63,644 nucleotides of DNA, filler included, from Octopus bimaculoides (GCF_001194135.2; 5 parts of 5 records of this genome joined end to end with filler, not necessarily neighbours in it); one strand, 5' to 3'. Positions 22,967-37,258 are shown, counted from the whole stretch's first letter. Notes: generated by a model from the letters alone, not told the origin. Numbers and translations: made by a program.

Positions 22967-25469
22967 AAGCGTCCATAGACACATGCCGTTTCGATAAAAA
23001 GTCTATTAATGAATCAATGAAAGGCTGTTTGATAAAACACCAGTTGGAGGAAAAGGTCTGCTCTGTCTGTCTGTTTGTGTGTGTGTGTATATATACACAC
23101 ACACATATATGTATGTAGATGTATGTGTGACTGTGTGAGTGTACTTTTGCGTGTGTGTGTGTTTGTGTGCGTATGTGTGTATGCATATGTATACAAGCAC
23201 ACAAGCACACAGACACATAAATATACATAAGCACAGCCACACGCACATGAAGAAAGTAATGCAGCTGTGCAATATAGACTGCCGGTAATTCATAGACAGA
23301 GAAATTATCCAGAGAAATTCATGCGACAGTTCTCACATCTAAGAAGCCTGTTAATATTTCTGTTGCTTAATTCCTGATTAGTTTTGTACTAGGAAATCTA
23401 TGGTTCAAAACGCTTAGTTGTGACTACCATGTTTTCAGTATAGCTTTTATCCTTTCGAGTTAGGGCACAACCTTGAAGGGTTTTAGTCGAAGAAATAGAC
23501 TCAATATTTGTTTTTAAGTCTTGTACTTATTCTATAGGTCTTTTTTGCTGAACTGTTAAGCTACGGGAACGTAAACATACCAACAGCGGTTGTCAAGTGG
23601 TGATGGGAAACAAGCACAAAGACACACACACACACAGAAACATATACACACATATACATACAACGGGATTCCAAACAGTTTGCATCTAGTAAATTCACGA
23701 ACAAGGCATTGGTCGGCCCGGGGCTATAATAGAAGACATTTTCCAAAGGTGCAACATAATGATACTGAACCCGAAACAACGTGGTTTCAAAGTAAGCTTT
23801 TGAACCACACGGCCATGTTTGCGCTTGTATACAGAACTACATTGTCAACAGGGTTCATTTTTTAAAGACAGCAGAATGTAATATAAGTGGAATCTGCCTG
23901 CTGTTTCTGTCAAGTCGAGCAAGCGCGTATAAGTTCTGTCGTTGTTTTCTGTATATAGCACAATGTAACAGTATCAATTACTATGAAATCAAGTTGTTAT
24001 AGCATGTTTGATTTTATCTGACTCTGTAATGGCAGTCTCTCTCTTTTGATGGTCGCCATTTTGCCTTTTATGTTTCCCGTTTAAATGGAATGGACAGATG
24101 TTCAGTCATGCCAAACTATTTGACTGATTCAAAAAGAGCACATACAAAACCTAATGTTATTTTATGTTGTCGTGTTTTTATTTTCGTCTTATTTTATCAT
24201 ATATATTTTTTATTTTTGTTTTGTTCCTACGAATAAAATATTCTGTTTTCTCTTCTTCTGCTTTTAACCACACACTATTTGAATAACATTGTTACACACC
24301 ATCGGCCTGTGATTTTATGATGTCACTACCCTTCTGCTGCTATTAACATTACAACCTCGATCGCCTACACTGCCATACACATCCCTACTGATACAATTCT
24401 ACATTCAATGCCCGAGATACTACTTCAATAGAGAGGAGCGAGACGGGTGACTCAAGACAGTTGTTACTGTATAAACCCCAAGAAGATCCTGATCTAGCAG
24501 ACCCAAGGCACATAATATTCGATGGTATGGCTGGGTGCAATCCAATAAATCTATATTATATATCTGCCTAGTTTAAAACCATAATATACACATCGACAGA
24601 CAGTGACTTATTGTTTGAGTGAGTTGTCTGTGTTACATTTTTTCTACATTCTAATCTATTTCTGTACATTACAGTTGTCGCATCCCTGCAGTAAAATATA
24701 AGATTTGACACCAAACCTTCTTGTTTTTACCTCGACTTTACTTTTTATTCACTTGAACAGTCAGTAAAAGTAGAGCGAGTAATACACTGGACTTGACAAT
24801 GCCGTTCTCGTCGTAATTTTCGCTTTGTGCCTAGTCAAAAGAAGTAAAAAAAAAAAGAGTTAATCTCCTGATAAATGGAGACTGTAACTAAATCTCAGCA
24901 TGCAGTGACTCAAACTCACTTCACTTTCGATAGAAATAGCTTTGGGAAAGACACGAACATCTCAATGACCATTTGTAAAACGATCCTCATGTTGTAGGAA
25001 AACAGATTCTTTTTGCATTGCTTGTCATATATGACTCCACTTGGGTAGGATCACTAAATGTAAGAAGACACAAATCAAAAACTACTCTACGGAGGTCAGT
25101 CGGCTGAGACAAAACATTTTACTGCTTTTCGAGGTCTTGTTTGAATGTTTTTATCCTTCTGAGGTTGATAAAATAAGTCCCAATAAATTATTCTATCGAT
25201 TAAATCAACTAGACCGTCCTCTGACAATTATGATCTTGAGTCAATGCTAGAAATCATGATTGAAGTGGAGTGGGCCATTTTTAAGTGTTAAGTGTTTTGG
25301 CTATGGACAAAAAGCGACCTGCTGACCTCTTGGTGGGTTCCGCGCGCTACTCTATCTGCTTACGAAAACAATTAAGTAATTATACAGGTAGTCATTTATG
25401 AAGAAAATTCGTAAAAAATATCCAACACGAACATAAAACCATGTATAATAATAATAATGATGATGATGA

Positions 25470-25494
<25 letters not shown>

Positions 25495-25503
<9 letters not shown>

Positions 25504-25816
25504 CTGTCTAGCCCTAATACCGCTCTCAAAATTGCTCAATGATGCACAGTATGGTTATAAAATATTTGATAAAAATATAAATCATCTCATTTACATGGAT
25601 GATTTAAAGCTCTTTGCAAAAAATGACCAACAACTCAAAGGCCTACTAGCGATTGTTAAACAATTCAGTGATGACATCAGGATGCAATTTGGCCTTGATA
25701 AATGTGCAAAAGCTATCTTTATCAAAGGAAAAATGACAAATACATCTAATGTGAACCTTGACCAGCAAAATGTCATAAAAGAGTTAGAACCAGCGGAGAG
25801 CTACAAATACCTAGGG
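25495..25816 (+). mobile_element. R4/Dong-like (RLE-type) LINE RT fragment
   Basis: LLFCLALIPLSKLL...INHLIYMDDLKLFAK...SDDIRMQFGLDKCAK...YKYLG. It begins directly after an (ATA)n tract and ends at a gap. Confidence 0.85.
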
Positions 25817-25916
25817 NNNNNNNNNNNNNNNNNNNNNNNNNNNNNNNNNNNNNNNNNNNNTTAATTAATTAANNNNNNNNNNNNNNNNNNNNNNNNNNNN
25901 NNNNNNNNNNNNNNNN

Positions 25917-26750
25917 TATATATATATAAACAATATATGAGTATATGCATATATATGTACATGTATGTATATACGTTCATCTACATGTACATATAGATAC
26001 ATAACTGGGTACATGACGTGGCAAAAGAACAAGGACAAAATGGTAAACAAGGTGCAACAAACAAGCAGGCCACATAGAAACATCCCCTTCATCAGCTGCC
26101 AATATTAAAACTCCGGCGTTTCGAAGAATTAAGGCACTATGCATCGTTAAAATGGTTCTTCCCACGAACTCAAATTAAATTGTTTTCGTGGAGGGTAGTG
26201 GCGGACGGAAAACAAGACAGGAAAACGAAACGGTGAAATAAACAAACAAAAAGACTGTACAGCCAGACGTGAAGTGTGTATGTCTTGAACGCTGTGAAGC
26301 ACTACAGGAGGGGCATAGAAGTACGTGCGAGCTTGGTGATTCCCAGAATGAAGAGAAATAGCAGCCGGACACACGTGACCAAGGCTGTGTGAAGGGAAAG
26401 AGTAGCAGAGGGAAAAGGAGGGGAGGAAGTAGAATAAAAGTGAGCAACGAGAGGTAGAGAGAGAGAGAGATAGTAGTAGTAACGGTGAGAGGTGAAGGAC
26501 GAGTAACAAGAGAAGGAGAGAGAGAGAGAAGTAGTGACAGGTAGAGGCGAAGAACAGTAGAGGGAAGAATGAGAGGGGGAGATAGAAATAGAGAGAGTGG
26601 CGTTAGAAAAATAGTTAAAACTTACTGTATAAAGGTAACGCGTGCGTTCTGTCGTGATACAAACAATATATGAGTATATGCATATATATGTACATGTATG
26701 TATCACACATAAAGAAAAGAGACAGACAAGCAGACATCGCATTTATCANN
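25917..26750 (-). repeat. Dispersed repeat with ~730-bp direct terminal redundancy, possibly Penelope-derived
   Basis: aaacaatatatgagtatatgcatatatatgtacatgtatgtat occurs at approximately 25927 and 26660. The minus strand has cttcGAAAcgccggagt...cagCTGATGAagggga at approximately 26083-26132. Confidence 0.4.
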
Positions 26751-28261
26751 NNNNNNNNNNNNNNNNNNNNNNNNNNNNNNNNNNNNNNNNNNNNNNNNNN
26801 NNNNNNNNNNNNNNNNNNNNNNNNNNNNNNNNNNNNNNNNNNNNNNNNNNNNNNNNNNNNNNNNNNNNNNNNNNNNNNNNNNNNNNNNNNNNNNNNNNNN
26901 NNNNNNNNNNNNNNNNNNNNNNNNNNNNNNNNNNNNNNNNNNNNNNNNNNNNNNNNNNNNNNNNNNNNNNNNNNNNNNNNNNNNNNNNNNNNNNNNNNNN
27001 NNNNNNNNNNNNNNNNNNNNNNNNNNNNNNNNNNNNNNNNNNNNNNNNNNNNNNNNNNNNNNNNNNNNNNNNNNNNNNNNNNNNNNNNNNNNNNNNNNNN
27101 NNNNNNNNNNNNNNNNNNNNNNNNNNNNNNNNNNNNNNNNNNNNNNNNNNNNNNNNNNNNNNNNNNNNNNNNNNNNNNNNNNNNNNNNNNNNNNNNNNNN
27201 NNNNNNNNNNNNNNNNNNNATATATACAGATAGATATTCATGTGTATATGTGTATATATAGAGAGAGAGATAGAGTGAGTGTGTTCTCACGTCCACGAAA
27301 CATTAAGTAATATGACAAGCTCAACACAGATTTAATCTTAGACAGAGAAGGTAATAAGACACACAGTATACTAAGTGGTACGCCACAACAATTTTTAGCG
27401 ATCACGTTTTTATTAGTGGAAATGCTCAATGATTATTCGGACGAAGTAAGGACTATTTAAGGCTGTAAATGAAAGAATTGGTGGAAATGTTAGCCCCTGA
27501 TAAACGATATATAGGTAATGTGCATGACCTAAACTGCACCGGTATAATAGTAGGGTTGCAATTGCAACAGTAGCTAGTCATTCAGTAGAAACATGCGTAG
27601 GTCTACTTCAATCCGTATTTGTACAAAAAGGAATTAAAGGTAATGCTATGCTACTTCGGAATAATCCGTATTATTGTTATTGAGAGAGAAGCGCATGCTA
27701 TCATAATGAGAATGAAGCAAAATATACGAAGCCCAGTATACCCATCATGACTAACCGTCTGCTAAGGCTACACCAGGCAAATGCATCATGACCATATATG
27801 CCCAACGTAGTGATTTTATATCATGATAAACAACGCATAACCTTGCAGGTGAGGCCCAGGTAGAATTTTCTTTAGGTCAAGTAGCCCATCCTGCCCAAAA
27901 GGTCTCTGCATAAGGGTTATTTAAGGATGTTGAACGAAATACCCATGTTTCCAAATGTTAATTATCGAAACCTCAAAGAATTCCTCTCAACACATGGCTA
28001 TGATGTTGCCCCACTACTTTTGCTCATGATCAGAGATGCACATATTGTCAGCCACCAAGGTATACGTTCAATTGGTTAAGGTGAAACAACTGACAAGCAA
28101 CTCTGTGGTATTGAGCAGAATATTTACTGTAGCCCATCGTTTATACCAAGACAAAAGAATGTACATGATAACACTTCCAATCAGCTAAGACCAGAAGCCA
28201 TGAGAGCCACTGCCTGGTACTGCATCAGAGCATAGACACTGCTTGGTACTGCATCAGGGCA

Positions 28262-28325
<64 letters not shown>

Positions 28326-28530
28326 TTATGTTTGACTTTTGTTTTGCATTTGTACAAGTTGGATCCAAGTCTCACCCAGAGACCTCAAGAGACAACAAGT
28401 TAGAAGTTCATGTAGGTGTTATGCTTAGGGTACCATATATTTGAATTTGTACAGTTTTGTTCAAGTGAATGTTTAAGAAACCATAAGAAAATTATGTGTT
28501 TGCTTTAAAATTTGAGATCACATAGACAGT
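28262..28530 (-). mobile_element. Probable R4/Dong-like LINE 3' end with (TAA)n tail
   Basis: Minus strand reads actgtctatgtga...gtctctgggtgagacttgga...caaaagtcaaacataaaataataat followed by a long (ATT)n tract on the plus strand. Confidence 0.5.
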
Positions 28531-28714
28531 NNNNNNNNNNNNNNNNNNNNNNNNNNNNNNNNNNNNNNNNNNNNNNNNNNNNNNNNNNNNNNNNNNNNNN
28601 NNNNNNNNNNNNNNNNNNNNNNNNNNNNNNNNNNNNNNNNNNNNNNNNNNNNNNNNNNNNNNNNNNNNNNNNNNNNNNNNNNNNNNNNNNNNNNNNNNNN
28701 NNNNNNNNNNNNNN

Positions 28715-28776
<62 letters not shown>

Positions 28777-29254
28777 GGCGAGCTGGCAGAAACGTTAGCA
28801 GAAGCTGGCAGAAACGTTACCACGCCGGGCGAAATGCTCAGCGGTATTTCGTCTGTCTTTACGGTCTGAGTTAAAATTCCGCCGAGATCGACTTTGCCTT
28901 TCACTCTTTCAGATCGATAGATTAAGTACCAGTTGCGTACTGGGGTCGATCTATTCGACTGACCCCCTCCCCCAAAATTTCGGGCTTTGTGCCTAGAGTA
29001 GAAAAGAAGATTATTATTATTATTATTGATATAGATAGATAGATACATACATACAACCATACATTCATATATACATGCATGCATACATACATACATACAT
29101 ACATACATACATACATACATACATAATATGAGTACATATGTATGTATGCATACAGGAGTGAAATAGAACCAGTAAATGTTTTTACTGTTGACATAATGAC
29201 GCTCCAGAAATACAACATAGTATATCCTATATGTATTACCATTTCTTTATATAG

Positions 29255-29365
29255 TCGATCCATGCAAAAGTCAGCCATGCGAAAATGGTGCGACCTGTGT
29301 CAACAACGGGACAAAATACACTTGCAAATGTACACCCAGCTACGGTGGTAAAGACTGTACGAAAT
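29255..29365 (+). CDS. EGF-repeat protein, EGF exon 1 of 13 visible
   Basis: AG/GT, 111 nt, phase 1-1; [36 protein letters not shown]. Confidence 0.88.
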
Positions 29366-29975
29366 GTAGGTATAAGTAAGAATTTTTTTTTTTTTTTCAG
29401 ATGTTCACTATTTTCTTACATTCTCTTGCTTCTATTCATCTTGTTTGTGCAGGTATCTAGCAAGTATACAATGTTATATATTAGGACCACGTATAAATTA
29501 TAATAATTGCTACTTTCTCCAAATATACTAAAGCGTCTTCATCCAGTCAACTTCTCAGATATTTCTTTTACTCTCATTTCTATAATTTATATAACGTGAA
29601 AATAATAATGATCAACATATTTTCGGCTTTATAACTGCAATGTTACTGATATAATTGCATGCATTGCAATTTCAAGTTCTCTGTTATATTCTCTTCGTTT
29701 GAAAATATGCTTTTGACTGAAAAGTTTTCTTTACATTTGATCTTATTGCGAGTCCCTTGGGGAATACGGGATTTCACGCTTGAAACTAAAGTCATGTCTT
29801 GTTTCACAATGTAAGACTATAAGCGTATCTGCATAATACTAATACATTAATTGCATTTTCTTCTAATCTGTTCTCATAAATTTCGCGAATAATTAACACA
29901 CACACACACACACACACACTTGCACACACACACACTTGCACACACACACACTTGCACACACACACACACACACAT

Positions 29976-30021
<46 letters not shown>

Positions 30022-30069
30022 ACAGCATATATATATATATATATATATATAAATAAGTGTACAGCTTTG

Positions 30070-30560
30070 CATTGTAGTGATGAAGGACAGTGCCCTTAGA
30101 ATTAGCATGTGCTGCACGCTTCTTGTGTTAAATTTGTCCAGCTGGTCATGGCACATTTCCGAATTGATGGTCCTGTCTGCGGGAAGAAGCTCGAACAGAG
30201 AATGCTCTTCTAATCTCATCAAATTAAAAGTATAACTTTCCTCAGGTGAAGTCATGCTTAACAGATTTTGTGGTAGTTTGCCTCACTTCGCTATAATCGT
30301 TTGCGCTTTACATTCTTATAGACTATCCAATTTTCGTTCCTTGACGCCGTTCTCTTCAAGAAAGTATCGTTTTCTTCACATTTCTGCAGCATGTTACACA
30401 TGGAAATCCATTGCGCATGATTAGTCTCATTCAGTTGATGTGTGACACAAACATCTACCCTACGCAGTTGTTTTTCAACACTCGATTTAAGTATTTGGAG
30501 AATATCTGCGCTCATCTTCTAACAGTCGCAGCTATAACCATGTAGCTAAGACAAAATTTT
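30070..30560 (-). mobile_element. Mariner transposase remnant
   Basis: VCVTHQLNE.N (WVPHEL-like), FLKR.ASRNENWIVYKNVKRKR (VTGDEKWI-like), FELLP..RTINSE.C..QLD. Confidence 0.75.
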
Positions 30561-30698
30561 AGAGATAATACATATTCGATGCAAATATTTTCTATGACAG
30601 CCTCAACGCTTCGACTATATTTCTCTTAAAGAAATAGGGAACAAAAGCTTGAAGCACTTTCTAACTGTGCATGTTTGCGTATCTGCGTGTGTGTGTGT

Positions 30699-30785
<87 letters not shown>

Positions 30786-31045
30786 AATGTGTGTGTCTGT
30801 CTGTCAGTCCGTGTGTAGATATTTTAATAAGAATATTTTATTGTCATAAATATAACAGCAGTTATATCCTCTGATCAATTTTGCCCCTCTGAATAACATG
30901 ATCTCAAGTTAACACCGCCATCATATTTGGGGTTGACACGCGACCCATAAAAAGCGTAAGCATTGAATCATTGACGTAAGGCTATGGTGCTGCGTGTTAT
31001 TACAAAAAAATATTTGATTTTGAATTTTCTTATTTTGTAATTTAG

Positions 31046-31156
31046 TTAAGCCATGCAGTATGGCACCGTGTGTAAATAGTGGAACATGCTTCGAAACGGG
31101 TTCTACTTACATGTGCATTTGCTTAACCGGATACTTCGGAAGGAATTGCTCTAAAG
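31046..31156 (+). CDS. EGF-repeat protein, EGF exon 2
   Basis: AG/GT, 111 nt, phase 1-1; KPCSMAPCVNSGTCFETGSTYMCICLTGYFGRNCSK. Confidence 0.88.
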
Positions 31157-31789
31157 GTTTGTACCCCGTTTTTTGTTGTCTTTTACTACATACTTTCTCG
31201 TCATTAGAAGATTTTAAATTTAATCAAAGGATGAATAATTTACGGAACGATAAGTATACTCACTATTAGCGACGGAAGCAATATTATTTCAATGTAGCAA
31301 AATATATATATCTGGCTTAAAGTATATGTGCTTGTGTGTGTGTGTGTGTAACATTTAACGTACATAGTATTCAAAATAAGAGCGGTGCTATGAAGTTAGA
31401 CATGGCCTGGGCCTATACTGGACGAAATCTATCAAAGTCACTAAGAGTTTCTTGCCATACAGGCATTGGAGCCAGGCAGATTTATATAATGTACTTTGTG
31501 TCACCAAGTAATCCGCGGGCTCAAAGTATATGGTTAGTTTTATTTGAAAACTTGGATGCTGGTATATGAGAAATGAGAAGGTTGATGCAAAACGAGCAGA
31601 CATCTGCGAAAAGTGGAGTGTGAAGACAAAGAGTAGATAAAAACGGAAAGGAAAAGAAAGAAAAGAAAGAAAGTTGACAGTTATATCCCCTTTAATTGTA
31701 GGAATCATAATTAATCTAACTGGCATACAATAATTCTGACTCTTGATAAAATTGTAACTTACTTCAAACTCAAATTTATTCCCTAATAT

Positions 31790-31822
<33 letters not shown>

Positions 31823-32533
31823 GTATGTAAGTATAAGACGAGTTTCTTTCAGTCTCCGTGCCCCATACTATTCACAAGATTTTAGTGGGACAGGGGATAT
31901 AAAATTAGATTCCTAACCACGCAACTACATCTGAGCATTATAGTCATGCCAGTAAGAATAATATGAATAATGCTTTCCTTCTTACACAACGGAAAAAATG
32001 TTAAAGCAACACCATTTAGATATACTTGGAAAGATGAAACAACTTTCGTAATTTTAGCCTGTGAGGAGGTGCGGTCTAATGGTTAGAGTGTTGCATTTAC
32101 GATCGCAATATAGAGGTTTCGATTCCCTGACAGGGTGGTGCGTTGTGCTCTTGAGCAAAACACCTCCTTTTTTTTCACGTTGATTCAGTTCACTCAGCTG
32201 TAAACGAATAACCCTATAACTGATGTACTGGTGTCCGATTTAAGGGTAATGCTCTGATCTCAGTCACTTATAACCACAGGTCTATTCGCTTCGGTAGGGG
32301 AGTGGAACCACTTATACAACAATGTAACCAGCGGTGTATAACAACATCCGACAGTCTAGTCGATACTGGAATCATAACCTAGTAACAGTGCTACAGCGAA
32401 GCCTGAGTCATATGACTATTCTCAGTAAAAGGAAAAAAAGTGATGTTTACCTGTGTGTGCATATACATGTGCTTACTTCATAAAATGTCTTGATATATAA
32501 ATAGAAAATATACTGATCATTAATATATTTCAG

Positions 32534-32644
32534 TTGACCCCTGCAAAAGTGCACCTTGTCTGAACCATGCAACATGTACTTCCAATATGTTAAATTACAC
32601 TTGCCATTGTCCAACTGGGTTCAAAGGAAAAAATTGTGAAATTG
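32534..32644 (+). CDS. EGF-repeat protein, EGF exon 3
   Basis: AG/GTAAGT, 111 nt, phase 1-1; DPCKSAPCLNHATCTSNMLNYTCHCPTGFKGKNCEI. Confidence 0.9.
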
Positions 32645-33923
32645 GTAAGTAATTTATTTGCATACACAACCCAGAATATCCTACATCAATTTTCTTTTAC
32701 TTTATAACATGTAAGTAAGATAAAACATGTATATGATATATATATATATATATATATNNNNNNNNNNNNNNNNNNNNNNNNNNNNNNNNNNNNNNNNNNN
32801 NNNNNNNNNNNNNNNNNNNNNNNNNNNNNNNNNNNNNNNNNNNNNNNNNNNNNNNNNNNNNNNNNNNNNNNNNNNNNNNNNNNNNNNNNNNNNNNNNNNN
32901 NNNNNNNNNNNNNNNNNNNNNNNNNNNNNNNNNNNNNNNNNNNNNNNNNNNNNNNNNNNNNNNNNNNNNNNNNNNNNNNNNNNNNNNNNNNNNNNNNNNN
33001 NNNNNNNNNNNNNNNNNNNNNNNNNNNNNNNNNNNNNNNNNNNNNNNNNNNNNNNNNNNNNNNNNNNNNNNNNNNNNNNNNNNNNNNNNNNNNNNNNNNN
33101 NNNNNNNNNNNNNNNNNNNNNNNNNNNNNNNNNNNNNNNNNNNNNNNNNNNNNNNNNNNNNNNNNNNNNNNNNNNNNNNNNNNNNNNNNNNNNNNNNNNN
33201 NNNNNNNNNNNNNNNNNNNNNNNNNNNNNNNNNNNNNNNNNNNNNNNNNNNNNNNNNNNNNNNNNNNNNNNNNNNNNNNNNNNNNNNNNNNNNNNNNNNN
33301 NNNNNNNNNNNNNNNNNNNNNNNNNNNNNNNNNNNNNNNNNNNNNNNNNNNNNNNNNNNNNNNNNNNNNNNNNNNNNNNNNNNNNNNNNNNNNNNNNNNN
33401 NNNNNNNNNNNNNNNNNNNNAGAGGGAAGGAGCTGATATATCATATATACGCATAATTGTGAAGGCAAGTGACTTAGTGGTTGTGGTATTCAGCTTACGA
33501 TCGTAAGGTCGTGAATTCGATTCCCGGCGACGTGTTGTGTCCTTGAGCAAGACGCTATATTTCACGTTACTCCAGTCCATTCAGCTGGCAAAAATGAATT
33601 TACCTGTATTTGAAAGGGAAGCCTTATCACATTCTATGTCAATCTGAATATCCCTGAGAACTACGTAAGTAAGTACAAAGTAAAAATCATAAAATAATAA
33701 TTATAAAATGACTACACGTGTTTCATAACCAAATTTCGAAATAGAAAATAAAATCAAATCGATTAAATTGATCGAAAATCAATTCTATTCAAAAATATAG
33801 CTAATCTTCAGGTCTAAATACAACAATAATAAAATGAATGTTTGTGTTCATATACGTGCCAGATAAATGTTAGAATTCATTACATGTATAACTCATTTGT
33901 GTTAATTTATATATTCCTTTTAG

Positions 33924-34034
33924 CTGAACCATGTAGCAGCAATCCATGTGAAAATGGTGGAAAATGCATAAACCAAGGATTGAATTTCACATGTCGTTGT
34001 CCAGCCGGATATCGAGGAAAGACTTGTTCAATAG
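33924..34034 (+). CDS. EGF-repeat protein, EGF exon 4
   Basis: AG/GT, 111 nt, phase 1-1; EPCSSNPCENGGKCINQGLNFTCRCPAGYRGKTCSI. Confidence 0.9.
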
Positions 34035-34689
34035 GTTTGTGCCTACACAACTTTTTTGAGTTATGTAATATCAAATGAATTATTAAATTACTAAGGAAAC
34101 TTGATTCCTAACGTTTAGAAATTTGTGGCTTGTATCTTCAAACTATAAAACACATTACGAATTCCTTTTTCGTTCCTTTTGTTCTATTTCATTCTATTTC
34201 TCTATGTCCTATTTCTTTACTGTCTCTACATAACTTAGTGATAACTAGCTTTCTTGCATACTTGTGTGTGTAACACTTCTGTCACACGGGACCATGAAGA
34301 CTGCTAGAAAGCAGGAAAGCATACTAGTCCTTAGATATTTAATATTCAATTTTTCATTTATTCAATAAGACATTCAATACTTCATTTCATTTTACTATAT
34401 ATACTATATATTCCATATTCTATATCCCACATTAATTTTATAACAATATAAATAAAACATAAAAAACAGATTTGTAATCCTTTTGAATAATATATATATA
34501 TATATATATACACACACATTTATGTATTCAAAATTGGGACAAGTTTCAAATCGGTATATTTCTAACTATATAGATTTTGTTGGAGTCTAAATTTTGAATA
34601 TTACCAACTTGAATATAATCACTTGTAAAATTTTCCTCTTTCTGATTGAACAAATTATGAATGTTAATAATGAATTAAAGAATTAAACC

Positions 34690-35640
34690 GTAGAAGTGTA
34701 ATTGCCGAATTATTCGCGCCGACAAAGTGCTGCGGAAATTGTTAGAGACACAAAGTATGCCAATTCTACTGTTTTTAGAGTTGTAGTCAATTTGAAGAAA
34801 AGTCAGGATGTTCGGAGAAAGCCTTATAGTTCTTGCAGTGACCGAAAATGCACATTTCGCTTTATAGCAGCACCTAAAAGACCGATTGAGACGAACCCAT
34901 CGAAATCGATGGCGAAGGTGGCTGAAAATCGAGGAATCGGTAAAATGGCCGCTTCTAGGGCTGAGAGACACGATTTCCATACAAAATCGTACGTGATGAG
35001 ACATCATAATATCCTAACCATTTAAGCTGAAAGAAACCCAAACTTCTTAGTCATCTGAAACATCGTGTCTGAGACCTCCGCATCTTCGTGGATGAAAAGA
35101 AGGTCATGGTAGACGAATTTGCAATCCGTCTAAACTCACGAGTGATAGCGTACGATCCTTCCCAAGTTCCTTCAGCTATGCATAGCAAGAATCCAGAAGC
35201 TGTTGCAAGTGATGGGAAATTGATGCTTCCTCGTGTTATTGAAGAGAGTCTTAAAATCAATACAACAGAGTATCTCAAAATTTTAGAAGTTTCGTTGCCT
35301 TGGATTAGGAACCATTAAGATGAAAATCGAGTCATGTTTGTACAGGACTCGGCGCCCGCCCATTCTTCAAAACAAGAAGTTTTGAATAAGAAATTGCCCA
35401 TGTTTGTCCCTGAAGATATCTGGCCCTCTAGCTCACCAGGTTTATATCTGTGTGATTTTTGGCTATGGGTCGTAGTTGAAGCATTATCTAATGCAACTTC
35501 TCACAACTGTGTGTCTTCATTGAAGTCTTCGATCAAGCGAGCATTCAGTAAAATAGGAACGGAAGAAATAGTTAAGGTATGCGCATCATTTCGTAAACTG
35601 ATTGAATTGGTAGAGAAAGCAAATGGCAGTAGAACTTAAC
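34690..35640 (+). mobile_element. Tc1/mariner superfamily, maT/DD37D-like transposase remnant
   Basis: N-terminal HTH (AAEIVR..KY..STVFRV), then FVQDSAPAH and WPSSSPGL..CDFWLW motifs, broken by frameshifts. Confidence 0.85.
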
Positions 35641-36207
35641 TGAAATAAATGCTAAACACTCCACAAGAAATTGGCATAAGCTTAACATTTTCAGGGTTTC
35701 ATTTTTCGGAGTATTATATCATAAGTATTGTAAAAGTATTNNNNNNNNNNNNNNNNNNNNNNNNNNNNNNNNNNNNNNNNNNNNNNNNNNNNNNNNNNNN
35801 NNNNNNNNNNNNNNNNNNNNNNNNNNNNNNNNNNNNNNNNNNNNNNNNNNNNNNNNNNNNNNNNNNNNNNTATATATATATATATATATATGGAGAGAAA
35901 CATTGACTTTGATGTTTCGGCTTGCTACCCTTTCGTCAGACTATATTGAAGTATGATAGGCCACGAAATATATTGAGTAATACTTCAGTTTGCGTTGAAT
36001 TGTGTTTATGATATAATTCGACATGAAAACGAATATTAACACATACATATACACATGCATACGCACACATACATACATACAAGTGTCCATAAATCTCAAG
36101 AATTTTCTTGGCTTAAACAAAAGCGTCTTACGACTTTTATAATGACCAGAGGTAATAAAATAACCCTATGAAATAACGCGGGTACTTAGTTATTCTTTTT
36201 GTTCCAG

Positions 36208-36318
36208 TTGATCCTTGTAGCAGCGATCCATGTCAAAACGGAGGATTATGTGAGAATCATGGATTCAATTATACTTGTCGTTGTCTACCTGGATTTGGAG
36301 GGGAAGATTGTGAAATTG
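36208..36318 (+). CDS. EGF-repeat protein, EGF exon 5
   Basis: AG/GT, 111 nt, phase 1-1; [36 protein letters not shown]. Confidence 0.9.
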
Positions 36319-37197
36319 GTACGTAATATCTTAACCCTAACAATTTGGTATTTGTAATTTTACTACCCGTTGTACCAATCTATGCATATCATAAGGAAAA
36401 TGCCACTAAATTATGTAAATGTCTGACCACATGACTTTAGTTTTGACTTCAGTATCGGGTACATAGTATATCTCTTCTCTCTTCTCTTTCAGTTCTTGAT
36501 TGATGGGGGCTGGGTGTCATCTTATGTTAAGAGTCCCAGAGGTGTCATCGTGCATAGAACCGACCAGATCCACCAGTGCCCCCCCACCACCACCATCGCT
36601 GACAATCCCATGCTAGCTCCTCTGCATTGTGCAAGGCGACGCCGAGCCTCACGAGATCTCTCCCTTAATGACGTCCAGCTATTTGATACGGGGCGTGAGG
36701 CGGAGCCCGTGGCAGGGTTTGTCATGGGGCGTGTCGAGAGGCCTGTAGCGTGGCCTCTTCCAGCCCGTAGCTCCTGCGTCGAACGAGAGTAAGGCCCTGA
36801 TAGTATGATCTAGCGAGAACCGGAGGCCATATCCGTACAAGCGCAAACAAGATACAATGATATAAATATATAGTAAATCTCGAAAGGAAAATTCTGAAAT
36901 ATAACCTGTATTACAAATGTGGACTGTTGATAAATTTGCAACAAATATATAAAAAGCTCCAAAGAATAAAATCTTTTATCGTTCACTTGTTTCAGTGATT
37001 GGACTGTGACCATGCTGGGGCACCGTGTTGAAGGGTTCAGTCGAACAAATGGACTCTCGCATTTTTTAAAGCCTGGTACTTATTCAGTCGATCTCCTTTG
37101 ATGAAGTGCTTTCGTGGATATAAACGAAACAACACTGGTTGTCAAGCGGTAGTAGAGGGCAAGCCTAAAGTAATTTACCCACAGATAGACAGACGGG

Positions 37198-37258
<61 letters not shown>

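Noticed and set aside
24040-24065. caaaatggcgacc on the minus strand as a YY1/Kozak-like start of a gene
   Set aside because: The ORF is only 20 codons (MATIKRERLPLQSQIKSNML) with no homology I recognise.
24675-24710. ttacag|ttgtcgcatccctgcagt as a further EGF exon (HPCS)
   Set aside because: A stop follows within a few codons and there is no six-cysteine pattern.
36496-36792. GC-rich 98-aa plus-strand ORF after EGF exon 5
   Set aside because: No recognisable domain; the opposite strand resembles a decayed LINE C-terminus (GWKRPR...LDVIK).
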